Positions 24,911 through 37,423 of a stretch of 53,957 nucleotides of DNA are shown piece by piece. The DNA comes from Octopus bimaculoides (lineage: Eukaryota), in the NCBI RefSeq assembly GCF_001194135.2, contig NC_068991.1, positions 2,107,560 to 2,161,516 of the forward strand. The letters are read 5' to 3'. Both the position numbers and the translations under genes were made by a program. Numbering within the stretch: position 1 is the first letter of the stretch; every line of letters begins with the position of its first letter. The notes beneath the pieces were generated by a model. It saw only the letters and a list, made by a program, of their open reading frames with translations, was not told the DNA's origin and made no database searches.

Positions 24911-26559
24911 AAGAGCTTCCACACAGTTTCCGTCTAACAGTTTCATGCATCGGAAGCCTTGGTCTATAGTGGAAAATATTTGCCCTAGTTGCCGCACAGT
25001 GGAGCGGAACCCGAAACTACACGGTTGCAAACAGAGCTTCTTAACCACAGAGCAATGTCTGCACATATACGTAATTAATATAAATAATGTTCATTACATA
25101 TATAATGTTAATTAATGCATAATATTTATTATATACATAATGTTAAATAACATATTACGGAGATGTACTTGCATAGCAAGTGACCTGATCTGAGATCGTG
25201 AGCTGGAACGAAAACAATTGCAGCGTGGAAGATGTTTATAAGCCATTTAAAACACACAAAAACCGCCGTAAGCAGCACGGAATTTTGTCAGTGAACAGGT
25301 CGCGGTTTCAAAGCGGCGAAAATATTTTGTCAAATTAAATTTAAATGTTGAAATGAATCTAACGTTTTTTGTGTATTTTAAATGGCTTATAAACACCTTC
25401 CACGCTGCAATTGTTAAAAACATATATTATGTTAATAACATACACTATGCTTATTGCTTACATCTGGTCAATAAGAGGGAGAGAAATTAATCTGAGAAGG
25501 GACAAAACCATTATTTTAAAGTGTTGGAACACTTAATGGAACTCTAACGCCATTTAACATTAGGAAAGTGGAAAGGAGAGATGTTTAACAGCTGTTTCTG
25601 AAGTAGGATCGAACTCATATTTACGATACATATATACATATACGCACACACATATATATGTATGTATGTTCGTGTGTGTGTGTGTATGTAAGCGTGTGTG
25701 GGTGTGCATTCTAGGGGGTGGCACTCTCAAGAGAAGCTATGTCCGTCTACTTAAGGAACAGAAAGATAAGTTTGGAAGTGAATAAAATGTTTAATACATA
25801 CATACAAACATACATACATGTGTGAGAGAGTGTGAGTGCATGTATGGATGTATATTATTTTGTCCAACGCTTGTATACATGGTGGGGTGTGTATATTTTA
25901 ATGTCTTATGTTATAATAAAAACAATTTTACATTTAACTGTAGGATTACTAAATACTTTTTTGTACAGTACGTGTTTATTTTTCTTTAACATGAATAGTG
26001 TAGACGATAACTTCGAGGTTTCAGACAGTGGGATGGTGGCTTAGTGAATTATTAAAAGACATGTTTAGTTTGTGTGATTACCTGTGCACATCGCCATCTT
26101 TAAAAATGGTGGAATTTTACATTACGTGCACAGACATAATCAAGGACAGAAAATTCTGATTTTCAAGAGAAGATACCGCTTTTAAAACAGTAGTTTTTCA
26201 TGAATTGGTATATGAATATGTGTGAAGCAAATTTTTGATAAAGTGGTAACTAAAGATAAACATGTATTGCATATTCTAGGTTCGTAAAAATACGAAGGTG
26301 GAAAAAAGAATTGAAACCAAAGTATTTGGTTATGTAGATGAATAAAACAAAGTAAAACGAGAAAAATAATGAAGAAATATATTACAATTCTTTCTAACTT
26401 TGGAGCATCGCCAACAATTTAAGTAGGAGGAGAATAATCGATTACATCGACCCCAATGCTCAACTGGAACTTATTTTGTCGACTCTGAAAGGATAAAGTC
26501 GACGTCAGCGTTGTCCGGGGAAAGAGAAGTTAGGACGATGAGTTGTGGCGAAGAGATAA

Positions 26560-27300
26560 ACAGAGGTAGTTCCAGTGCAGGGACATACACATAGTGATTT
26601 GGGGGCCTCGGTTTTGCAGAGACAGACGTTTCTTCCGGCGCACAGCAAATCGGCAATCCTCTTTGTCTTTAGTCATCTCCGTGAGGCTCAACATTTTGAT
26701 ATCAGTCTTTGCTACTTCATTCCAAGTCTACCTGGGTCTCCCTCTTTCACAGGTTCCTTCCAGATTTAGAGATCGACACTTCTTTATGCAGTTATCCTCG
26801 TCTATACACATCTCATTGTCATACCAGCGGAGTCTCTTATCTAACATATTACATTTGATGTCTGTTATGCCCAATTTCTCTCTCAACACATTTGCACGTT
26901 GCATTTCCAGCCGGAAATGCCACCTTCATTTCTTTCCAGCCTTTACATGTCCTCTACATTCACGCTCCACGTTTCACTGACCAGTAGTATTGCTGTTCAA
27001 ACACAAGTATCATACAATATGCCTTTAACTCAAAGACATAGGCCTTTTGTTACCAGAACAAGTAATAGCCCTCTGAAATTTCTCCAACCGATTCTTTTTC
27101 TAGCAACCAGGCTTTCAGAGTATCCTCCTCCACTGCTAATAAGATCGCCTAAGTAACAGAAACTATCTGCAATCTCTGAATATCCCCCCAAGCACTCCAG
27201 AACATCTTTTTCCTGTGCGTATGTATTGTGTGTTGTTCCTGCGTATCTGCCACAAAGTCTATTTCCCTGTTAATTTTCCTGTGATTCCACAATGTTTGCA
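26560..27300 (-). mobile_element. RTE-like LINE 3' RT/thumb fragment (decayed)
   Basis: Frameshifted similarity to RIGW.KFREL...KGL.L..KG.LY..CV...L..SETW and RGRPR.TW.EV.K.D. Confidence 0.7.
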
Positions 27301-27956
27301 TGCATATATATATATATATANNNNNNNNNNNNNNNNNNNNNNNNNNNNNNNNNNNNNNNNNNNNNNNNNNNNNNNNNNNNNNNNNNNNNNNNNNNNNNNN
27401 NNNNNNNNNNNNNNNNNNNNNNNNNNNNNNNNNNNNNNNNNNNNNNNNNNNNNNNNNNNNNNNNNNNNNNNNNNNNNNNNNNNNNNNNNNNNNNNNNNNN
27501 NNNNNNNNNNNNNNNNNNNNNNNNNNNNNNNNNNNNNNNNNNNNNNNNNNNNNNNNNNNNNNNNNNNNNNNNNNNNNNNNNNNNNNNNNNNNNNNNNNNN
27601 NNNNNNNNNNNNNNNNNNNNNNNNNNNNNNNNNNNNNNNNNNNNNNNNNNNNNNNNNNNNNNNNNNNNNNNNNNNNNNNNNNNNNNNNNNNNNNNNNNNN
27701 NNNNNNNNNNNNNNNNNNNNNNNNNNNNNNNNNNNNNNNNNNNNNNNNNNNNNNNNNNNNNNNNNNNNNNNNNNNNNNNNNNNNNNNNNNNNNNNNNNNN
27801 NNNNNNNNNNNNNNNNNNNNNNNNNNNNNNNNNNNNNNNNNNNNNNNNNNNNNNNNNNNNNNNNNNNNNNNNNNNNNNNNNNNNNNNNNNNNNNNNNNNN
27901 NNNNNNNNNNNNNNNNNNNNNNNNNNNNNNNNNNNNNNNNNNNNNNNNNNNNNNNN

Positions 27957-27992
<36 letters not shown>

Positions 27993-28019
27993 GACAAATG
28001 AGGGCTCATTAAAATAAAG

Positions 28020-28330
28020 CGATAATCATGTTCTATGGATGGACACGAATGTGTTTCTTGAGGGCTGCTGGAGCCTTGCAAACCTTTTGGCAAATGGAAC
28101 AAGTTGAGGACACACTTTGCTCGAGTGCTTGAGGATCATCTATTATGTTTTCTTGAGTAGACCACAAGGCCTGCTTTGCATCGCGCCACAAAACCACAAT
28201 GACAGGTAAGGTTTCCATTTAGAGGAGAAGCATTTTGCCAGCGTGTCTTCATACTTGCACGAAGTCGGTCCTGATACTGGAGTCGGGTTTGCGAACTGAG
28301 GAGAAGCAGGACACAGAATGCCACAAGGTT
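28020..28330 (-). mobile_element. RTE-like LINE C-terminal remnant
   Basis: LWRDAKQALW...CSICQKVCKAPAALKKHIRVH, a C2H2-like tail typical of RTE ORF ends. Confidence 0.5.
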
Positions 28331-28439
28331 GACCCTGTTGAATTACAGGTACTCCTCATTGTTGCCAGCTGAGCGGACTGGAGCAACGTGAAATAAAGCG
28401 TCTTGCTCAAGGACACAACGTGCAACCGCGTGTGTGTGT

Positions 28440-28527
<88 letters not shown>

Positions 28528-28823
28528 GTTCAGTCACCGCCGCGTGGCTGTGTGGTAAGATTTAACTTGTCAATCACATTTAGCCTCGCTACGTGACGCT
28601 TTGGATAATTGTCTTCTGTTAAGGCCCTGGTCCGACCAAAGCCTTGTGGGTGGATTCGGTAGACGGAAACTGAAAGAAGCCTGTCGCATATGTGTAAGTG
28701 TGTCAGTATGCATGTGTGCATGTTTGAATCTTCTTGTTTTGACATTGCATCATTGTTGTAAATAGGTATCACCGTCCTACAAGCAGCGAAGACGACAGCG
28801 AAGACGACGATCACGATCACGAC

Positions 28824-28856
<33 letters not shown>

Positions 28857-29099
28857 GCTGGTGGTGGTGATGAAGATGATGATGAGGAGGAGGAGGATGA
28901 GGATGATGATGATGATGATGTACGTGATTGACTCTCTTATCAGTTTTGCGGAGCAATCAACGGAATTATCCACTCGTTGCGTTTTAGTGCATGTGTCCAA
29001 CTTTTCGAAAGCATATATATCGTATATATGTATATACACATACGTATGCATGTGTCTGTTTAAATATACATATGTACACATACACATACTGACAGATAG

Positions 29100-29132
<33 letters not shown>

Positions 29133-29595
29133 TATGTACGTACATATATACGCACATGCTCAAATTAAATATCTTTCATCAAAGGATTGGACAAGCTCTG
29201 AAGATCATGTGCCTCTTCCGTTGTCACAGGTGCCTAAAAGCCGGATTTCCTTCGCATCACAGCCACTCATCAAGAAGCAATGATAACGAATTCCTGGAGA
29301 TAGGATAGGCAGTAAATTGTCGTCTTAAAACACCATTAACAAAGTGGGTATTTTGAGTTTGAACCACTGCCCACTTTGGACAAAGTAGAAGTGGAGTATG
29401 AAGAGACAACAGACATGAGAAATATAGCTTTCTTTCTTTATTTATTTATTTTCAAATATCAGTCCTATCCAACAAAATGAAAAACCTACAAAATATGTGC
29501 GTGTGCAAGTGTGTTGGTGTGTGTATGTGCGCCTGTGTGTGGACCCGTGTGCGCATGTCATTGTGTGTGTGAGTAAACCCCATCACAACAGTAGA

Positions 29596-30722
29596 TTAAA
29601 TACTGGACCCAAGTAAAACCTTAGTTTTTTCCTTAACAAATCCAAAAATAGAGAGATAGATGCTAGAGGATGTGTAGCGGAGGAATGCTTGAGAGGCCTC
29701 AATTTTGCTGGCGGCCCAACATTTTGAGGTCACCCCCATCATGGAGGTAACGTCTTCCGTGTATACTGACACTGCCCTTCTGGGTCCCAGTTCGAATGCA
29801 ATGCCTCTCAACTGTTCCAACTTCCTCGAGAGCCATCACGTACAAAAGAGGCGAGAGCAGGCAACTCTAACGGACCGAGCATGCGATGCAAAACGGTTCC
29901 AATAAGTCGCCCTTTACTTTGAGCACTGAGCAGGCAGTGCTGTGCGTTACAGCGACCCAACCTCTGAAAATGGGCCTGAGCCCAGCCGATTTCAGCACGG
30001 CTTCCTAGTAACGATGGTCAATCTTATCGAATGCTGATCCAAATTGATCAGAGCCCTGCTGAAGCCAGTTTTGGTTTCAACCTATTCTATGATGCATCGA
30101 ATAAGATGGAGGTTGTCGTGGACAGACCTGTTAGGGATCGCGTTTGTGCTTCCCCGACAAGATTACCGATAGAAAGCACCATCATTTCGCTAACACCTTC
30201 ATCAAAATCTGAAACTCTTTGTTTAGTAGAGTTATGGAGTGAAAATTGCGTCGCACGTCCTCTTCGTCGGGACTTTTTTTCAGTAGCGTTACCATTTCCT
30301 GGTTCACAGTACTAAGAATTCTAAAAGCTTGCCAAGAGGTTGCAAAACAAATCTGGCATGAACTTGTAGCATTCATAGAGTAGGCCATCCAAACCGGACT
30401 ATTTGCACCTTGTGCAACCGTATTTCAGTGGCCGTTATCAGTTTATCACGGAATCTCACGTTGACCGTTGAGAGCCTCGGCAGGCCATCCAGGTGCCAAT
30501 TAAAGTTCGCTACCTGTAATCGACTCATCGCTCTCCTCAAACAGCCGCACCAAGTGCTGCTGGAACACAGCACGCATCAGCTCGGAACCGAGAAGAGTCT
30601 TTCTAAATACGATCTGGATGACCCGGTGTGGTTGCTCCGTGTCCACACTGGCACATCAGGGAAATCTCATCAGTGCCTATCAGATAGCTGGAGGTTTCTG
30701 AGCAGATTTTCGTGGTTTTTAT

Positions 30723-30756
<34 letters not shown>

Positions 30757-30790
30757 CACACACACACACATACATACACACACACACACG

Positions 30791-30841
<51 letters not shown>

Positions 30842-31604
30842 GCCTTCTGTTATGCACTAGCCCCACACAGTCGTTCCGTGCATCAAAACTATGATTCCAA
30901 TCTCCCGCTGGTACTAAAGGGTCTCAGGACTGTTTCTAGACCGCCTGACGAAATCAGGCTGACCGGCTCTAATTGGAGCACAGACAGCCACCAGTTTGGA
31001 TACACCACTTTCCTTATCATTCCAGAGCAACCAGCCTACAACCCGGGTCCAGGAAGATTGCTCGTATATTAAGGTTTAATATTTCTGAGAACAGGACTGC
31101 CATTCCGCAAGATGTAAAAACGAATATCAGAAAGTGTGCTCCGGAGGTCCTCATCTCGTTAATGGGTGCCTTCAGTACGGTTCGAACACTTACCGGATCT
31201 CAGTGAACCTGCACATTCGTGACTCGAATATGGATCAATCTCCTACCCATATAAACGAGAGATGTCATTCTTCGAGCTTCTTGTTCGCTGGTACATATGG
31301 CAGCTACCATCGCATATTGTTTCCCTTGTAGAATTATGTAGAACTGAGGCCCAAATATCTTTCAAGCATTTTCCAGTTTCTGTCGTGGCAGCAAATTTAA
31401 ATCTTCCATCCTTGCAGCAATTTCACTTATAGATATTCTTTCGGGGTTAGTTTTTTGCCTTCTCAAGCCACATAAGAGGCATAACTCCTGGTTTCATGAT
31501 GTCTTTTTTTTTAGACAAGAGAGTCTTCTCTTTCAGATCTTGCACCCACGGTTCTCTTGCTGACTGCACTCCGCAAAGATAAAGTTATTGCTGCTGCTGC
31601 TGCT

Positions 31605-31635
<31 letters not shown>

Positions 31636-31900
31636 TTGATTTTACTGTTGGTGACGTCATTCTTGATGCTCAGCATCAAGAATGGTTTTCGTTCTCGTTC
31701 TTGCAGTTGTTGTCTTTGTTCTTGTTCAAGTTGCTGTTGTTGTTGTTGCTGTCACTACTGCTGCAGGTATTACCGTTGTTATGGCGACAAAACAAAATTC
31801 TATTACAAAATTCCGATGAATTTATTTCAGTTCCATGTTGGCTGCCTTCGACGTCGTGTTCCGTTACCATGGCTACGTTGGCACTCGAAACTGGGCCGAC
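29596..31900 (-). mobile_element. L1/Tx1-clade LINE remnant (5' region, partial ORF1, endonuclease, RT), with internal deletions and a (CA)n insertion
   Basis: RT: TLLKK...NFHSITLLNKEFQILMKVLA; RSVHDNLHLIRCIIE; ALINLDQ..FDKIDHRY; CLLSPLLYV; VSVYTEDVT (decayed YADD). Endonuclease: [46 protein letters not shown]1-like: YMGRRLIHIRV. The 5' boundary is uncertain. Confidence 0.85.
31652..31876. promoter_or_regulatory. Cluster of CRE (TGACGTCA, 31652-31659) and two RFX X-box-like motifs (31775-31788, 31863-31876)
   Basis: GTTGTTATGGCGAC and GTTACCATGGCTAC fit the 14-bp X-box consensus GTHNYY-AT-RRNAAC with one mismatch each. Confidence 0.5.
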
Positions 31901-32172
31901 GGAACGCTCTCTGCATTCGATTATTATTACTACGTCCTGTTACCACATTTTAAATAAGTTTTGACAACTCCGAAATCTTCGTTTTCACAAGCACGTCAAA
32001 ATAAATGTTAATGATTTCCATCCCACAAAAGGTGGCGCAATCAAACGGAAATATTACCACCACAATCCAGACAAGGTGAAGTTCAAATTTATCACAAAAT
32101 AAATGACTGAACGAAATTTAACCAGCTGAAGACACTTGCCCAAGGTGCCACTCAGTGGGAATGAACCTGGAA

Positions 32173-32239
32173 CCATGTGGTTGGTAAGCCATGTGGTTGG
32201 TAAGCCATGTGGTTGGTAAGCCATGTGGTTGGTAAGCCA
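32173..32239 (+). repeat. 16-bp tandem repeat x4 (ccatgtggttggtaag) inside a SINE
   Basis: Four identical units. Confidence 0.95.
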
Positions 32240-32269
32240 CTCCTGCGCCTATGAAAACTTTATTGCAAG

Positions 32270-33450
32270 TTTTATTCCCTTGTTACGTACCATTTTGAAA
32301 ACCCGTCCGCAACCAAAATATTACCATGCCAAACCGGTTGGGTGCGCCCCCAACTTTCGAAAAAATATATTATAGTCTCCACCCAATGCCTGCAACTTGT
32401 TCTGGACGGAGTGAGATGAGAGTACAAATTCGAAACAATTAAATATATTCTTCGTGCAAGATTAAACGGCGTATTTTGGTGCACTTTGAGTGGCTTGAAG
32501 TATTGTTTTGAATCCGTCTGTTTGTAGTGAATGTTGATTTCAATGTTCGTGTCTTTTTATATAACTAAAATATCCAGGAATGGCAGTTGATCGTGACTGA
32601 GTTCCATTATGAAGTGCATATTATTGTTTATATTATAAATAAGGTCATTGACTTGGTCAAGACAGTGATCTACAAAATGAAGCAGCCATCTAAGTAACGT
32701 TTCCAATCTTGTAATAGGTATTTGCGGAAGTTGATGCAATACATTAGTTTATATTGTTCGTACATTTGAATCTCTAGGGACGCTATGATTAAATTCATAT
32801 AAGTAGGAGAAACCTTTGTTCCCATCACAGTCCCAATTATTTGTTTGCAAATTCAACCAACGAATTTGAAAATTTTTTTTTTTACTTTTTTGATGAATTT
32901 TATTCCTTCAGTAATCAATCAGTTTTCTATCTCTTCTGCGATTTCCTTGGAGAATTTTTGAACCAGAATTCTACGGCTTCTAGTCCGAAGTCTTGAGGTG
33001 TAGTGCTATTGAGGTTTACCGCATCAAATGATACAATAATGGTGTTTTTGTAACTTTGTTTTGTGGGGAGGAAGCAGTCTAACATGTCAAAGTTACTCAG
33101 CATGGGTTTCAACGTTATGTGTACATATTTGCTGAGTCTGTGTATCTCATAATTTGTGTCCGCTAGAATTGGTCTTAATCTAAGATCGTTCGAATGTGGT
33201 ATGAGATATCATTTTGTTCTAATGAATTTTAGAGAATCCATATAAATTGTTGGTTTTGCCTCCTTCAAAGTATATTCAAAGTCATATTCCTTGTCTTTTA
33301 AACCTTTTCGCTGTAGAAGAATGAATGTGCTAAGTTGTTTTCCAGGCTATTCATAATTGGTAATTGTTTACCTTTTCCTAATAAATGATCTCGCACGAAT
33401 AATGTGACATTTTCGTAGTAGTCAACATCCATAATGACTATAGCATTCCC
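32270..33450 (-). mobile_element. Penelope-like element RT fragment (decayed)
   Basis: LRPILA..HRLS; IVSFDAVNL..P.DFGLEAVEFW; HFIMELSHDQLPFLDILVI; IHYKQTDSKQYF; PFNLARRI. Confidence 0.85.
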
Positions 33451-33619
33451 CTTAGCTGCTTATTTAATTACAATGTCATTATTTACTTTGAGTTCATGCA
33501 TAATTTCCCATTCCATTTGGTGGGTGTTTTTGTTTGGAGATTGTTAGTTCATGATATGGGAAGGTGAATATAAAACCACAAATTTTATCCAACGTTTTGC
33601 TCCAACGTTTTTGTTGGGT

Positions 33620-34130
33620 TGTAATACAAACATCTAAACCGACATTCACTACAAACTGGTTCAAAACAATAATGAATGACCCAGTTAACAATACAAACAA
33701 CAATACACACTTCGCAATGGAACTCAGTCACGATCAGCTACGATTCCTGGATATTTTAATAGTAAAAAAAAGACACGAACATTGAAGTCAAGATTACCTA
33801 CAAACCGACAGATTCGAAACAATATTTCAAGTCACTTAAAATACACTAAAACAACTATACCATTTAGTCTGACAGAAGAATATGTTCAATCGTTTCGAAT
33901 TTGGATGCGAGGAATAAAAGACTCCAAGAACTAAAAGAAATACTACTTAATAGAGAATACTCAATAACGGTAGTGCTCCAGCATGACCGCAGCTTTAGAG
34001 CTTTAAAGATATTTAAAGATAATACTAATTGATAACAAGATAGAATGAGCCAAAGCAATGTATATCCAAGAAATACGAGGAACAAAAGACAATTCCAATA
34101 TACCAAATAATCTATCGTTGTTGGTCTACC
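33620..34130 (+). mobile_element. Second Penelope-like RT/thumb fragment, in opposite orientation
   Basis: HFAMELSHDQLRFLDILIV..., YKPTDSKQYF, LQELKEILLNREY. Nucleotide homology to 32400-32640 is visible by eye. Confidence 0.8.
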
Positions 34131-35094
34131 ACTGGGTCTCCTACTGGTCAGCACATTGCACTATTTTTTTCTGATTTTCGTTTCCAGATCAAGTTGTAAA
34201 CATTAAACATTAACCTCGCTTTCTACCCAGTGGAGTTTCAATATGTTATTGGCCACAAGGCGGCGAGCTGGCAGAAAAGTAAGCACGCCGGGCGAAATGC
34301 TTAGCGGTATTACGTCAAAACGGTAGAAGAGTAGGGGCCGAAACCGGACGTGTTTCCTCCTGATGATGTCTTGAGCTAACTGGAACCTATAAAGGAGCTG
34401 TTGTGGTAGCAGACCCCGAAACATGGTTGAAATTCCTTCCTAGGTCCACGTATCGAATTTGCCGATGTGATGCCTGAACTTTCTACACCAGCAGAATTTC
34501 GATCTTCTTTGAGATTACAATTTTTAAGAATGTAGGTGGCCTCCAGCTCCGGTTGAGTCCTGCATTTGAAATACTCCGATTTTCTACTTTAGCAGGACCT
34601 CTATGTGTGTGTGTGTGTGTGTGTGTGTATTTTGTTCAGGTGAGGGGCAAGTAGAGAAACGTTGGACTGCAAAAGATAAAACCCTTCACGGCAGTGCTCC
34701 AGCATGACCGCAGTTTAATAACTGAAATAGGATATAAAGAGGAATAAACTATATATGTATACGCGTGTGCGCAACTGGTCTACGCAACATTCACGACAGG
34801 CAATCTAATACAGGGGGAATAATCAGCGAAATGGTACAGAAGTTACCTCCCTTATTAACTTTACAGTCAAAGCGCGAGACGCTCATTTTATTTTGTAAGA
34901 TGCTTTGAAACGACTTTCATAATTAATATATATATATATACACACACAGACATATATAGTGAGACATCGACCTCGACTCCGTCGGTCACGAATGACCATG
35001 GGTGCACCTAAGAGGTTCCACTCCGGGGTACAAGTCCGGGCGGAAAGTCGCCTCACCGGCGAACGCACAACATAGGGTTGTTTTTATGGAAGAC

Positions 35095-35245
35095 AAACAG
35101 TCATTTCTACAGCTGAATGAACTGGAGCAATGGGAAATAAAGTGTCTTGCTCAAGAACACAACACGCAGCCTGGTCTGGGAATCGAACTCACAACCTTGC
35201 GATCATAAGCTTGACGCTCTAACCACTGAGCCATGCGCCTTCACA
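35095..35245 (-). mobile_element. tRNA-headed SINE with CORE-like segment
   Basis: Minus strand reads gaaggcgcatggctcagtggttagagcg...gttcgattccc...gtgttgtgttcttgagcaagacac. Related piece at 28340-28425. Confidence 0.7.
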
Positions 35246-35261
35246 ATATATATATAGTATA

Positions 35262-35390
35262 TATTCTTTTCTACTCTAGGCACAAGGCCTGAAATTTGGG
35301 GGGGAGGGGGGCCAGTCGATTAGATCGACTCCAGTACACAACTGGTACTTAATTTATCGACCCCTAAAGGACGAAAGGCAAAGTCGACTT
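35262..35390 (+). mobile_element. Short interspersed repeat (ttttctactctagg.acaaggcc.gaaattt family)
   Basis: Copies at 12577-12680, 38840-38945 and 22960-23040 (-). Confidence 0.7.
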
Positions 35391-36222
35391 CCTTGGATAA
35401 CACCATCCCATCATGAGGCTAACATAACTTCTAATCGTGTGTGGATATATATATATTTATTTATATATACTAGGCTTTAAAAAAAAGGTACTAGAATCGA
35501 TTCATTTGACTAAGATTCTTCAAGGCAGTGCCCCAGCATGGCCACAGTTTAATGACTGAAACAAGTAAAGGATAAAAGACAAAGATAACTGAATGAGAAC
35601 ACAGGTCTTCTTGTTGGATCTTGGGACGGTCATTACACTGAAGCAAACACACTGGTTCTATTTCACTTCTATTAGTATTATTTTTTGATTTATTAATCAT
35701 TTAACCAATTAACTAATAGATTCCACCATGCCAGCATGGAAGGCAGACGTTAAACGATGATGATCATTGTTTGATTAATTGTTCAGACAATCAATCAGCT
35801 AGGTTTATTAAAGTTGTTTCATTGCCATTTGTGGCCCCAACAATGACATGCCCTCGCAACTCTAGGTCTACTTCAGATAAATAAAACTAAAGTAGTAACC
35901 AGTGTGTGTGTTTATTATTGGCCTAATGACCCTCTCAAGGTATAATAAAATCTGTTTCAACACACCAGTTCCCATCAAAAATCTTTGAAATCAAATACAT
36001 TTTCGAAATAAAAGAATCTTTCATTACATAAGATGGATTCTTTTGTGGTGGTCACACAAGAGGAATCTAAATTGTCAAAGACAGACATTCTACAAAAGTG
36101 AAAGGACTGGATGTGATAAAACAAGGGAAATAAAAACAAAAACTAGAAATAGTTTATATATTTAAAAGTATAAGTTTAATTGATATATATATGTGTCTAT
36201 ATTACATAATATATATATATAA

Positions 36223-36270
<48 letters not shown>

Positions 36271-36718
36271 TATACATGTCTGAGATTGAGGAATTATGTA
36301 TTTGTATGTGTATGTATGTATATGGGTGTGTGTATATATCTTACCTCACGGTTGTTTATTATTTTTCCATCACTGCCTTCACACAACTACTCATGTATTT
36401 GATCAGACCAGGAGGTCTACTAGCACAAATCAGTAAATAGTATTTACCAATTTATTATAAAGCTCAAGCTTTCTGTCAGCTCACAGTTACCTCTCTTCGG
36501 TATCTGCTACAGAAGATGACAAAAAACCAGAAATGTGCATTTAGCAGTCCGCAGAGGCGTGCTTTTTTTATGAGCTGATAATGGTATGTTTACACAATTT
36601 ACCAAAAGCAAGAATTTTTTTCTCCATGGTAAACTACAGTGAAATTGCCTTTAGAAGCTGAAATATGTCACAAACATATTTGAACTAACCTAAAGTCTGT
36701 TTATATTGTATATATATA

Positions 36719-36749
<31 letters not shown>

Positions 36750-37226
36750 NNNNNNNNNNNNNNNNNNNNNNNNNNNNNNNNNNNNNNNNNNNNNNNNNNN
36801 NNNNNNNNNNNNNNNNNNNNNNNNNNNNNNNNNNNNNNNNNNNNNNNNNNNNNNNNNNNNNNNNNNNNNNNNNNNNNNNNNNNNNNNNNNNNNNNNNNNN
36901 NNNNNNNNNNNNNNNNNNNNNNNNNNNNNNNNNNNNNNNNNNNNNNNNNNNNNNNNNNNNNNNNNNNNNNNNNNNNNNNNNNNNNNNNNNNNNNNNNNNN
37001 NNNNNNNNNNNNNNNNNNNNNNNNNNNNNNNNNNNNNNNNNNTATATATATATATATATGCGCGCGTGTGTGTATGTACACACACTCATAAACGCACACA
37101 TAAGCCTATGCACACATGAACAATGACAGCAAAAAAAGAAGAGGTAAAAAGAAAATGGAAGAAGGAAAAAAATGAAGAAATTTAGTTCCTAAATAAAGTT
37201 AAACCCTACAAGTGGACGGTGAGGGG

Positions 37227-37423
37227 TCATTTCAGACCCGTTTCTGTGACAAGGGCTTCGAGTAGAAGCTGTGTCTCTCCACTAACGTACGGTTCATGCA
37301 GCCAGCCAGCCGTACAAAACATTAACAGATTGCGATCAGGAACGTGTGCGATGACTTCAACCAAACGTTGCTTCAGTTCAAACTCCTTTTGGTAAGCCTC
37401 AACAATTTTTGCGGATGTCACTT
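37227..37423 (-). CDS. CINP: CINP-like terminal exon
   Basis: ttgcag|AA...TGA. Encodes (E)VTSAKIVEAYQKEFELKQRLVEVIAHVPDRNLLMFCTAGWLHEPYVSGETQLLLEALVTETGLK*, resembling recalled human EVSHKLLEMYRKELLLKRTVAKELAHTGDPDLTLSYLSMWLHQPYVESDSRLHLESMLLETGHR. Confidence 0.9.

Noticed and set aside
31557-31964. Poly-Ala, poly-Leu and poly-Asn ORFs
   Set aside because: (CTG)n/(TTG)n triplet runs open in multiple frames, within the 5' part of the Tx1 remnant.
32173-32239. CRISPR-like repeat
   Set aside because: There are no spacers (head-to-tail identical units), the context is eukaryotic and no cas genes are present.
35590-35675. Short frame LNENTGLLVGSWDGHYTEANTL, faintly like a transglutaminase GxLVGxWxGxY motif
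   Set aside because: Only about 10 residues resemble the motif, stops flank it and no partner exons are present. Chance is likely; TBLASTX would settle it.
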